From Myxococcota bacterium (GTDB lineage Bacteria > Myxococcota_A > SURF-8 > G963663525): a stretch of DNA of 64,000 nt. A model generated the notes under the pieces. It was not told the origin of the DNA. It saw nothing but the letters and a program-made list of their open reading frames with translations, and did no database searches. Within the stretch, counting starts at the first letter, position 1, and the number at the start of each line of letters is the position of its first letter. Positions 8,601 through 18,400 of the stretch are shown piece by piece. The translations under genes and the position numbers were made by a program. The stretch lies in NCBI GenBank assembly GCA_963676915.2, contig CAXXVK010000062.1:32001-96000 (forward strand). Direction: 5' to 3'.

Positions 8601-10654
8601 TGAAATCCTCGCAACCTGCGATTCACGATTGTGAAATCTACGGCAACGGAGAAACCGGAATCGCCTATTCGGGAAGCCATGGCGGTTCGTTACTGGAAAG
8701 CTCCATCACTTTGAACGGTTCGGAAGGAATTCGCATCGAAAACGATTCCAATCCGCCAACCATTAACTACAATAACGTTCATGGGAACTCTGTCTCTGGT
8801 GGCTGGCGATTCTTCTCGGAGAATCCTTCCTCTGTCTTGTCATATTCCAGTTCAACATGCTGTGGTACGTACTATACGGATCCATGGACGGCTCCCGAAG
8901 GAGGATACGTCCGGCGCTTGCGCGTTACCTACGACGAAAACGATTCTTCATACGGAAATTACGTCAGCGGTGGTATTGCGGATGGAAGCAACCGATCCCT
9001 CTGGAGTACTTCCTATGATCGTAGCAACCTGTGGGTGGATCTTTCCTCGCACAATGCACAATCCGTGAAATTATACGTAAACAATGATTATGGCAGTACT
9101 CAGAGCATCTCTGCCAACAGTGTTGTCTATGGCAAACCCGATCAGGGCGGTGTGGAAATGGCTGTCAACATGCTCAATGCCACCGTGGATGCGCGATTCA
9201 ATTATTGGGGCGTGTTCCCGAATGCTTTGGATGCGGTCAGCATGAATGATCCTGACACCGTAAATATGCAAGGCTTTACCGGGGTGCCATACGATTCCGA
9301 TTGGGATCGCGGTCCTTACATCGGAGGTGGAACGATCGAAGAAAGCGTAACGCTTTCCGGTACGATTTACGTTACGGGGAACGTCAATGTGGCGTCCGGA
9401 GCGACGTTGACGCTTGAAGCGGGAACCGATGTGCAAGTGGTTCGTCACGATCAGGATGGCGACAACGACGGTGATTTTTCTATAGAAATCAATGGAATCT
9501 TTACAGCGCTTGGAAGTGAATCCAATCCGATATCGATTGATGGGTATGGCTTGAGTCCACAAGAAAGCAGCTACGATACGTTCTATTTGAAAGGGCAGGG
9601 CAGTCAGCTCGAATACGTCTCGTTCGCCCATGGAATGAGAAATCTCGTCGTACAGTCATGTGACGCGGTGATGGATCATTTAACCGTGGAAGATGCCGCC
9701 GATATAGGGGTGCTCTTCAGCAATTCTCAAAGCGGGGCGTCTTTGACACATGCCAGTGTCGAAGGGTGCGGCAACGATGGGATCAAAATCAGTGGCGGAG
9801 AAGTCGAACTCGGTTATGTGAATTCAAGCAACAACGGACGCCATGGCCTATTCGTCGAGGGTGGTTCGGCCAACGTAACCATGGAAGATTCCACATTGCG
9901 ATACAACGGTGGAAATGGAGCGGAAATCAATGGTACGGCAACCATTCAGTTCGACTATTGCCATTTCGGTGACAACTCCCGACATGGAGTGGGAATCGGT
10001 GGACAGGTAAGCGGACTCGTTGCTCACAGCAACGTATCGTTTAATGGATTGAACGGGTTTTATATCTACCGAAACGGCAGTTATCTCCCAACGGCAGCGG
10101 TAAACTACAACAACATCTTCTCCAATTCCGTAGAAGCTTCGTATGAAGTTGGAGCGGAGAACACGACGTCCGTACTGTCATGGTCCGGTTCCACTTGTTG
10201 CGGAACTTACAGTTCGTCGGTATGGACGGCACCCAACGATGGCGACATCGTATGGACGAAAGTCTCATATGACGAAAATGATTCCTCTTACGGCAATTAT
10301 GTCAGCGGTGGGGTAATGAATGGATCCACCGGGCAAATTTTATGGTCCTCTTCATACGATCGTTCCAATCTTTGGGTGTTCATAGGCGATTTCAACGCCA
10401 AATCCATCAAGGTTTATATCAACAACGATTATGGAAGCACCCAGTCGATCCAGGCGACGCAAACGATTTACGCTGCAGAATTGTCCAACGATATCGCCAT
10501 GACAGCCATCGATACCGATAACGGAACCATCGACGCGAAACACAACTGGTGGGGCGGATCGCTCGATCCGGCGTCGTTGCTCTCCGAGCATCCCGTGGGA
10601 CTCGTCGATTACAGCAGCTTTACAGGAATTTCCTACGATGTAGGACCGCGCTAG
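5615..10654 (+). CDS. 1679-aa surface lipoprotein: 12 Cys-rich repeats, Ig-like and PKD domains, two right-handed beta-helix modules each with an inserted domain
   Basis: Lipobox WISG|C, acidic tether; 12 repeats of 44-45 aa with six Cys; PKD-like VDASASED..VRWDWENDG..HEYADYGEYTIAMEV; beta-helix repeats (NG..GI.I); DARFNYWG and DAKHNWWG caps. Confidence 0.85.
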   Translation: MSRIFITFFAFMLMIFWISGCEEDGSTVWEQEGDKDTESSDQDSNNNGDVDIWEITDQETMCVPFSRTCFGNSVFICSNDGSSYLEPEDCLEGQFCKDGSCHNELCEPNSIICSDEFSYSICTADGSGYGEALSCGAGRYCRAGVCNVQLCEPNELGCIGNETAQCASDGSGWGTSTPCGDMKYCKAGACLDKVCQPNTWDCDGTSAKRQCKADGSGWIDPESCLESEYCQSGSCFPRICFPEETVCEGNAVKTCNDLGSGYGEPVACEASESCIAGDCQPTACTPNSKTCSGNNVLTCLPSGNGYSEPSECPDSTYCEAGACENQVCTPLSRKCNENGEVVTCKSNGSSWGVPTTCGDDTYCSEGYCLNQICEPGDSVCEDLYSYMTCNEQGSGYGDASNCGENKVCISGDCVDQTCEPNSTRCEGNSVVVCHPDGTGYSTPRDCGEDSYCQDGTCHTQVCEPFENSCDGNSVLTCNEQGSGWGDPVPCGDNTYCRSGRCEELLCEPNEYICSDNFHYRLCNNDGTDWGDEHSCPANQYCEDGGCLDQVCEPDERQCLSSTSYRVCDAKGSAWLPDSTCIDNDVCYEGACHDPNDVPDPTIEVSFVRPQPGSTMELTQGENLGILVNAVMNSGSIASVDLLVDGELFQSDSELPYEFDYLVPTTAQTGAVFELEARANGSNGRYNLSEASFIEVRNDPPMAVFTATVSGDRLATVDASASEDRETPGEELEVRWDWENDGTFTEWTTEKVASHEYADYGEYTIAMEVRDGVNQTASTTKIVSFSDTDYVGGEISESTTWYGTIVITGDVIVPNGVTLTVSEGTQVLFVFQDTQPEDGVGDYGITVESGGKLLVEGTGTSPVLFSSYGTDHRTSGAWEEIAISGSESSIEGAVIEYGDKCLDWKTNGSMSDLEVRTCKSWGVRLTGSGASNVSASLLSIHGCNDVGLLVESGSTNYAFESYIAYENGGAGASFQSAGSGMLDGCDISDNGTSGILVKSSQPAIHDCEIYGNGETGIAYSGSHGGSLLESSITLNGSEGIRIENDSNPPTINYNNVHGNSVSGGWRFFSENPSSVLSYSSSTCCGTYYTDPWTAPEGGYVRRLRVTYDENDSSYGNYVSGGIADGSNRSLWSTSYDRSNLWVDLSSHNAQSVKLYVNNDYGSTQSISANSVVYGKPDQGGVEMAVNMLNATVDARFNYWGVFPNALDAVSMNDPDTVNMQGFTGVPYDSDWDRGPYIGGGTIEESVTLSGTIYVTGNVNVASGATLTLEAGTDVQVVRHDQDGDNDGDFSIEINGIFTALGSESNPISIDGYGLSPQESSYDTFYLKGQGSQLEYVSFAHGMRNLVVQSCDAVMDHLTVEDAADIGVLFSNSQSGASLTHASVEGCGNDGIKISGGEVELGYVNSSNNGRHGLFVEGGSANVTMEDSTLRYNGGNGAEINGTATIQFDYCHFGDNSRHGVGIGGQVSGLVAHSNVSFNGLNGFYIYRNGSYLPTAAVNYNNIFSNSVEASYEVGAENTTSVLSWSGSTCCGTYSSSVWTAPNDGDIVWTKVSYDENDSSYGNYVSGGVMNGSTGQILWSSSYDRSNLWVFIGDFNAKSIKVYINNDYGSTQSIQATQTIYAAELSNDIAMTAIDTDNGTIDAKHNWWGGSLDPASLLSEHPVGLVDYSSFTGISYDVGPR
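5798..7392 (+). repeat. Twelve tandem 44-45-aa six-cysteine repeats (coding)
   Basis: Consensus C.P....C.GN.V..C..DGSG(W/Y)G....C....YC..G.C, counted in the translation; diverged at DNA level. Confidence 0.85.
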
Positions 10655-10860
10655 AGCGAGGTCTTTATCTCGTTACATGTATGCTGGTTTTTGGTGTCGG
10701 GAGAGAAATCTCCCGACATTTTTGTTCTATCCACCTGTTACTACAAGATCGTTTGCGCTGGTCGGGAAAATTCTGCTCGGCATTCATTGTTGAATTTCTA
10801 TAGAGCCGCTTTCACATTGTTTTGGACAGCAAGGAACTCGACCCAAAACCACTGCACACG

Positions 10861-10886
10861 AAAAAAGGCGGGAAATTCCCGCCTTT
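10861..10886 (-). terminator. Rho-independent terminator closing the small-lipoprotein operon
   Basis: Minus strand AAAGGCGGGAA-T-TTCCCGCCTTTTTT: GC-rich stem plus U-tract, about 20 nt after the stop at 10908. Confidence 0.85.
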
Positions 10887-10907
10887 CAAAATCCGTATGA
10901 AACCGGA

Positions 10908-11144
10908 TTACTTCTTGTTGCTGAGCTTCGTGATTTCTTCCTGTTCCACGCAGGTCAACGTGTTGTTGTCGAGCAGAGTGCAGGCCTTGACCTTCATCTC
11001 TTTCGTGCTCTCGTAGAACGCAAGGTAGAAATGTTTGCCGTCTTCGGTCCAGTGTTTGGCGGTGACGAAGCGGTTGGTCGGTCCACAACCGAGAATCGAC
11101 AGGGAAGCCAGCATTCCGATCAAGCAAAAGGCTACGGTTTTCAT
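10908..11144 (-). CDS. Small lipoprotein (78 aa) with C-x9-C, fourth gene of the operon
   Basis: SD AGGAGG; lipobox ILG|C; WTEDGKHFY motif; CTLLDNNTLTC. Confidence 0.85.
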   Translation of the reverse strand: MKTVAFCLIGMLASLSILGCGPTNRFVTAKHWTEDGKHFYLAFYESTKEMKVKACTLLDNNTLTCVEQEEITKLSNKK

Positions 11145-11159
11145 GATGGTTTCCTCCTG

Positions 11160-11447
11160 TTAATTGGCGGTGTTGTGGGGATAGACGTGTTCGAGCACCT
11201 TGGTCGTCTGGCAATTGGTCGGCTTGCCATCCGAACCGTAATCGCAGACCCGTACGAGGTAGTGATACAGCTCTTGGCTGTTGTCGGGATCGCCCACGGT
11301 TTCACCGGTTTTTTCTAGGACATACATCACGGCTTTGTCACCCTCGAAGTGCTGAGAAATCAGCAGCTTGGGAGGTGTGCACGCAGCAAACAGCAGCAGT
11401 GCCGACAAGGTGAATACGACGATCGCGAGTTTTCTCATTCGTTTCAT
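11160..11447 (-). CDS. Small lipoprotein (95 aa) with C-x10-C, third gene of the operon
   Basis: SD AGGAGG; lipobox FAA|C; VRVCDYGSDGKPTNC. Confidence 0.85.
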   Translation of the reverse strand: MKRMRKLAIVVFTLSALLLFAACTPPKLLISQHFEGDKAVMYVLEKTGETVGDPDNSQELYHYLVRVCDYGSDGKPTNCQTTKVLEHVYPHNTAN

Positions 11448-11462
11448 CTGTTATCCTCCTTG

Positions 11463-11732
11463 TTAATAACTGTAGCTGATGCAGTCGAGGTCGGAATCGC
11501 CGTCGCAGGTCATCTCGCAGACGACTTTGCTGTCGGTTTCGACACAAGTCCAGAACTGATGTGTGGTTTTGAGTACAAAAACCTGATTGTACTTGTCCAC
11601 GGTCTGGACCGACAACACGTCCTGGCTCGGATGCGACGAGAGTTCCACCGGCACGCGACTGGTCAGGCAACCGGTCATCAAGGTGGAGATGAAAAGCGCC
11701 ACTACGGCGAATACGATCAGTTTTTTACGCAT
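11463..11732 (-). CDS. Small lipoprotein (89 aa) with two Cys pairs, second gene of the operon
   Basis: SD-like AGGGGG; lipobox MTG|C; FWTCVETDSKVVCEMTCDGDSDLDC. Confidence 0.85.
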   Translation of the reverse strand: MRKKLIVFAVVALFISTLMTGCLTSRVPVELSSHPSQDVLSVQTVDKYNQVFVLKTTHQFWTCVETDSKVVCEMTCDGDSDLDCISYSY

Positions 11733-11741
11733 TTCAACCCC

Positions 11742-11969
11742 CTAATCCTTGAATTCAAGCGGTTTGTCTTTGCAATTCGTCAGCGAACCGTCTTCGCCGA
11801 TGTTGCAAACGAACAGCCCGACATCCTTGCTGCCGTCCGAGTAGATCAGCTTCATGGTGTCGTCTTTGGAATCGATGGCCGTGATGATTTTCGGCTGGCT
11901 ACAACCGAAAAACGCCAGGATACCGATTGCGCAAAGGAACAGCACCAAGCCCCTTTTGAGTTTTCCCAT
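11742..11969 (-). CDS. Small lipoprotein (75 aa) with C-x10-C, first gene of the operon
   Basis: ATG 11969 with SD AAGGAGG; lipobox FFG|C; LFVCNIGEDGSLTNC. Confidence 0.85.
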   Translation of the reverse strand: MGKLKRGLVLFLCAIGILAFFGCSQPKIITAIDSKDDTMKLIYSDGSKDVGLFVCNIGEDGSLTNCKDKPLEFKD

Positions 11970-12305
11970 GCTTTCCTCCTTTGAGATTGACCCTTTCCAT
12001 GGATTCGCCAGCACTTTTTCAACCGCCTATGCAGTTTGAGAAACAGGCGAAACCAACAAACAACATCTTCACAAAATCAGGTAAACAATCTAAAGCAAAC
12101 CCCGAACAAAGATTGTTTGATTATTGTAAATTGTAAGCAATTGTATCGTCTTAAGATTTTCTGTCAAGATGAAAATTTTCTGACAGAAGGTGCCTTTTTT
12201 ACAAAAAATGTAACAATTACTATGGGTTCAGTGCAGCGCTTTGTTGGCGTAAAGAGAGCAATTTTCTCAAACATCAGTGGGAGTGACACCAAATTTCCGA
12301 AATGA

Positions 12306-12334
12306 TTTCCAGGAAGTGGAAATTGTGCTACAAT
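12306..12334 (+). promoter_or_regulatory. Putative sigma70 promoter (extended -10) for the pseudo-receiver/coiled-coil gene
   Basis: TTTCCA, 17 nt, TACAAT with TG-n at 12326; overlapped by the inverted repeat ATTTCCA-N5-TGGAAAT. Confidence 0.4.
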
Positions 12335-12409
12335 ACCCGCTTGTATTTTCTCTTTTTCCATTGAGACAACGTTCCATTTTTTCGATACGTGTTGCAACGA
12401 GCGACCGGA

Positions 12410-15400
12410 ATGAGCAAACGAAAAATACTTCTGATTGATCCCGACGAGTCGTTTGCAAAGCAACTGGGGGGGCATCTTAAATCCCTTCCGGTCGAATTCG
12501 AGCAGGTGGCTGCTGGGGACAAAGGGATATCCCGTTACCAACAATGGAAACCGGACGTGTTGTTGATCTGTGTCGAACTCACCGATACCAACGGGTTCAA
12601 CCTGTTCGAAATGATCAATTCCCTCCAAGCGTCCGGTCAGTGTTTCATCGTCATGATCGGTGGAATAAATCATGCCGCATCGTTCAAAGAGCACGAAAAA
12701 CTTCCTCGTCATGCGGATATGTACGCTACAAAGCCTATCGATCTGAATCAGTTTCAAAACAGGCTTGCTTCCCGATTGAAATGGATTCCTATGATTGCGG
12801 CTCCCGTGAACGAGGTCTCCAAAGCGACTCCTGCAACCAAAGAGCCTGCTTCCGATGCGTCGGAGCCGCCAACGGAACAAAAGGCTTCCGAGAGTAAACC
12901 CAAACCCCAAACAAAGACGTCTTCAAAGAAGAAGAGTCAAGCATTACAACAACTTCGAAAAGAATTGGCCGAAAGCTACATCGAAAAAAGCAGTTTGGAG
13001 ATGCAGCTTCAGGAGGTAGAGGAAAAGAAAGAAAGCCTTCAAAGCGAATTGGACGAAACCAAATTCGAGTTACAAAAGGCCAATTTCAAAATCGAAACGC
13101 TGGGGCATGATGTAGAACGCCTACGAAAGTCCCTGACCACTCGCGGAGAGGAATCGCCGCAACGCCTGGAAAAACTTCAGGAATTGCATGACAAGGTAGA
13201 GTCGATACGTTCCTCCCGCGAAGAAGACGCCCAGCGACTTGAAATACTTCTGAAAGAAAAAGAAGAAGAACTAGGCATTTTGCGGCAAAACGCCACCGAA
13301 ATGCTTGAAGAAACTCAAGAAGAGAAAAACCTCCTCAAAGAGCAGCTTCAGAAAACCCAACAAAAATCCAAAGAACAACTGCTAAAACTTCAAAAAGAGC
13401 TTGAAGACCGCAGCCGGGAATTTGAAAAAAGCCAAGAAGAAATCCAAATCGGTTTGGTCTCCAAACTGGAAGAAAACAAGGAAAAACTCGGAAAAAAAGA
13501 ACTCGAACTGGCTTCTTTAAAAGAGGAATACGAGAGCAAATTGGAAGACCTGGAGCTTCTGCTGCTTTCTTCCCGCGAAGACCTGGAACAGGTCAAAGAA
13601 GACGCGATGATGCTTCGGCAAACGTTGACCGAGCGCGACTCCGAGTTTGAAGCATACAAAGAGCAATCCGAGAAAGATCGTGCCGAGTCCTCCGTGAGAG
13701 CGCAGGAACTTGAAGAAACGTTGATGGAATACAGGCTCGAAAGCGCTATTCTGCTTGAGGAATCCAACGAACAAAGCCGTAAACTGAAACTCGAAAATGC
13801 CGAGTTGCAGGAAAAACTGCTCAAAGAAAAACTTTTCAGCGAGCAGGAAAGCAACCGTTTATCCAAGGAACTGGAGCAAGTCCAGAAACAATTGGAAAAC
13901 GAGCAACAAGCCCTTCGTGATGTGCAAGAAGTTCACGAAAAGGAACGTCAATCTCTGGAGGAAAATCTCCAGCACTTGCAGAAAGAAAAAGATTCCAGTA
14001 GCGAAACCGCGAAGAAGCAGACTGAGCGTCTTGAAGAATTGGAACAAAAACTGGCAGAAAGCCAAGAAGCTTTCGAGCAACAAAAACGCGAGTTGGAGGA
14101 CTCCCAAAAGACACTCGAAGCTCACCAATCCGAGTTTGAATCGCTACAAACACAGTTCAAAGAACAAACGGAATCCCTCCAGCAACGAGATACCGAGCTT
14201 GAATCCTCCAAAACGGAAATGGAGGAGATTCGGACCCGACTGCTGGAAAAAACTTCGGCGCTCGATGAGAAAACGAAAGAAATCGAAGCGTTACAGGAAA
14301 CGTTGCAGCAACGCGACGCCTCGTTGGAGACATCCCAATCCGAAGTGGAGGATGTCCAGGCGCAGCTTTCCGAACAAGCTTCGGCGCTCGACGAAAAAAC
14401 GAGGGAAATAGAGGCGTTACAGGAAACGTTGCAGCAACGCGACACCGCGTTGGAGACGTCCCAATCCGAAGTAGAAGAGGTTCAGGCGCAGCTTTCCGAA
14501 CAAGCTTCGACGCTCAATGAGAAAACGAAGGAAATCGAAGCGTTACAGGAAACGTTGCAACAACGCGACGCCTCGTTGGAGACGTCCCAATCCGAAGTAG
14601 AGGACGTTCAGGCGCAGCTTTCCGAACAAGCTTCGGCGCTCGACGAAAAAACGAAGGAAATAGAGGCGTTACAGGAAACGTTGCAGCAACGCGACACCGC
14701 GTTGGAGACGTCCCAATCCGAAGTAGAAGAGGTTCAGGCGCAGCTTTCCGAACTAGCTTCGGCGCTCAATGAAAAAACGAAAGAAATCGAGGCGTTACAG
14801 GAAACGTTGCAACAACGCGATACTGCGTTGGAGACGTCCCAATCCGAAGTAGAGGACGTCCAGGCGCAGCTTTCCGAACAAGCTTCGACGCTCGACGAGA
14901 AAACGAAGGAAATCGATTCGTTACAGGAAACGTTGCAACAACGTGACGCTGCGTTGGAGACATCCCAATCCAAAGTGGAAGACGTTCGGGCGCAGCTTTC
15001 CGAACAAGCTTCGGCACTCGACGAAAAAACGAGGGAAATCGAGGCGTTACAGGAAACGTTGCAACAACGCGATACTGCGTTGGAGACGAAGCACCAGGAA
15101 GCGGAAGAGTTGCAGGTACAACTTGCCGAGCAACTTTCTGTTTTTGAGGTAAAATCATACGAATTCGCAGGACGGGAAGCGGTCTGGCAGGAAGATTTAC
15201 AGTTGGCACGTTCCGAAGCCGAACAGTTGCAAACGCAATTGGCCGAACGAACAGCTTCACTGGAAGAAATCCACTCGGAAAATGCGCGATTCAAACAAGA
15301 ATTGGCGGATAGCCTCAAAGAATTGGAAGAAGTACGACGAGAACGAGAAGATTTTCAGGCTCTTTTGAACGAAAGGGAAGAAGCGCTGGAGGAAGCGCAG

Positions 15401-18400
15401 CAATCCATTGTTGATGAAAAAGAGCAATATCGGCAGCTACAGGAAAGTTCTCAGTCCGAGCAAAACGAAGCGCGAGAGCAACTTGAAGTGCTCGAACGTC
15501 GAAAGGTCGAACTCGAAACCGAGGTTCAGGAGAAAACCGAATCGTTCGAAATGTCACGTCGGGACTGGGAAGCTCAAAACGATCAGCAACGGAAGATGAT
15601 CGACGAGTTAAGCCAGAAACTTGCGAAACGATCCGACGAACTGGCGCAGTTGAGAAAGTCGCAACAAAAAGAACGTCAAGAATTCGAACTCCAACAGGAG
15701 CAACGAGAAAAAGAACTCGAATCTCTCCGGGAGAAGCAAGAGCAACTTGCCTCCGAGTTCGCGTCCCAGAAAGAGGACTTCGAGCAGCAGTTGGCCGAAC
15801 GTCGGGAAGCGCTGGATTCTGCTCAGGCGTCACTTTCGGAAAAAGAGCAGGAAATCGAGAACTTACGTGCCTCTTCGGGTGAAGAAGTTTCGAGTCTCCG
15901 CAACGAACTTTCGGAGAAAGAACAAGCCAAGACCGAGCTTGAAACCGCGCTGGAGGAAGCCCGTTCCGAGTTTGCATCCGAGAAAGAGGACTTCGAGCGA
16001 CAGTTGGCCGAACGCCGGGAAGCGCTGGAGTCCGCTCAGGCGTCGTTATCGGAAAAAGAGCAGGAAATCGAGAGCTTACGGGCGTCTTCGGGTGAGGAAG
16101 TTTCGAATCTCCGAGACAAGCTTTCGGAGAAAGAGCAAGCCAAGGCCGACCTTGAAACCACGTTGGAGGAAGCCCGTACTGAGTTCGCATCTCAGAAAGA
16201 CGACTTCGAGCGTCAGTTAACCGAGCGCCGGGAAGCGCTGGAGACGGCTCAGGCGTCGCTTTCGGAAAAAGAGCAGGAAATCGAGAGCTTACGGGCGTCT
16301 TCGGGTGAGGAAGTTTCGAATCTCCGAGACAAGCTTTCGGAGAAAGAGCAAGCCAAGGCCGACCTTGAAACCACGTTGGAGGAAGCCCGTACTGAGTTCG
16401 CATCTCAGAAAGACGACTTCGAGCGTCAGTTAACCGAGCGCCGGGAAGCGCTGGATTCTGCTCAGGCGTCGTTGACAGATAAAGAGCAGGAAATCGAGAC
16501 GTTACGGGCGTCTTCGGGAGAGGAAGTTTCGAGTCTTCGAAACGAGCTTTCGGAGAAGGAACAAGCCAAGGCTGACCTTGAAACCGCTTTGGAGGAAGCC
16601 CGTTCCGAGTTCGCGTCCGAGAAAGAGGACTTCGAGCGACAGTTGGCCGAGCGCCGGGAAGCGCTGGAGACGGCCCAGGCGTCGTTGACGGAAAAAGAGC
16701 AGGAAATCGAGAGGTTACAGGCGTCTTCGGGAGAGGAAGTTTCGAGACTTCGAGACGAACTTTCGGAGAAGGAACAAGCCAAGGCTGAGTTGGAAACCGC
16801 TTTGGAGGAAGCTCGTTCCGAGTTCGTATCCCAGAAAAATGACTTCGAGCGACAGTTGGCCGAGCGCCGGGAAGCGCTGGAGACGGCTCAGGCTTCGTTA
16901 TCGGAAAAAGAGCAGGAAATCCAGAGCTTGCGGGCGTCTTCGGGAGAGGAAGTATCGAGTCTTCGCAACGAGCTTTCGGAGAAGGAACAAGCCAAGGCTG
17001 ACCTTGAAACCGCTTTGGAGGAAGCCCGTTCCGAGTTCGCGTCCGAGAAAGAGGACTTCGAGCGACAGTTGGCCGAGCGCCGGGAAGCGCTGGAGACGGC
17101 CCAGGCGTCGTTGACGGATAAAGAGCAGGAAATCGAGACGTTACGGTCGTCTTCGGGAGAGGAAGTTTCGAGTCTTCGCGACGAACTTTCGGAGAAGGAA
17201 CAAGCCAAGGCTGACCTTGAAACCGCTTTGGAGGAAGCTCGAACCGAGTTTGCATCCCAGAAAGAGGACTTCGAGCGGCAGTTGACCGAACGTCGGGAAG
17301 CGCTGGAGACGGCCCAGGCGTCGCTATCGGAAAAAGAGCAGGAAATCGAGACGTTACGGTCGTCTTCGGGTGAGGAAGTATCGAGTCTTCGCAACGAGCT
17401 TTCGGAGAAAGAACAAGCCAAGGCTGACCTTGAAACCGCGCTGGAGGAAGCCCGAACCAAGTTTGCATCCGAAAAAGACGATCTCAATCGACAGTTGGCT
17501 GAACGCCGGGAAGCGCTGGAGACGGCTCAGGCGTCGCTTGTGGAAAAAGAGCAGGAAATCGAGAGGTTACAGGCGTCTTCGGGCAAAGAGCTTTCGAGTC
17601 TCCGTAATGAGCTTGTGCAGTGGGAAACTCGCCTCGACGAAGCGAATCAAGCTTTGGAAGACCAAACCTTGCAACATGCACAAAAGTTGGAAGAACACAA
17701 ACGACAGCTTGAGGCAAACGAAGAACGGTACAGGGCTGATGGTCAACGCCTACAGGGGCGGATCGACGAGTTGAATCAAACCATCATTGATTTGAATCAA
17801 AGACTCCAGGAAGACGAAACCAAAATGCAGGATGTTTTGGAAAAATCTTCCAAAGATGTCAAAGCGTTACGTCAACAACTCAAAGCGAAAGAAGAAGAGT
17901 TGGAGCCGCTTCGAAAAGATCAGGCCGAACGCATTCGGTTGCAGTCGGAGCTGGAAAGCCGGGATGATCTGGTAGCCAAGCTGGAAAAAGACCTTGCCGA
18001 ATTGCACGATTTCATCAACGAACACAAAAAATCGGCAGAAATTCACCAAAAACATTACGACGCTTTGGAAAAAGAACTGCGCGAGTTGGAAAAACAGCAG
18101 GTTCAAAGTGAGAAAGTGCAGCAACAAGCCCAGGAACTTAAAGATCAAATCGAACGAAAAGAAGGCGATATTCTCGCCTTGCATACCGATATCGCCGATG
18201 AGCGCCAGCGGCGTGAAGGTCTGGAAAAATCCTACGCCGATCTGCAAAAACGCCTGGAGCAAGCCACTCACGAAGCCTCGGAAGCTCACCCCAAAGACAA
18301 TGGTTTGAGTAAAAAGCTGAGACAGGTTCTTGAAGAAAATTCTCAATACCAAGAGTTGCTTCAAACCAAAAACGATGAGTCCGAAAAATACCGGCAGCGC

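Noticed and set aside
10908-11969. RiPP/bacteriocin precursors or toxin-immunity array
   Set aside because: All four have lipoprotein signal peptides, and no modifying enzyme, peptidase-transporter or toxin gene is adjacent. An orphan immunity role cannot be fully excluded.
15315-17468. 717-aa antisense ORF with Pro/Arg-rich repeats
   Set aside because: Shadow of the 213-bp coding repeat on the opposite strand; a stop-free unit is simply multiplied.
14258-17615. Possible CRISPR array
   Set aside because: Repeats are contiguous, in-frame 126- and 213-bp units with no unique spacers, and no cas genes are present.
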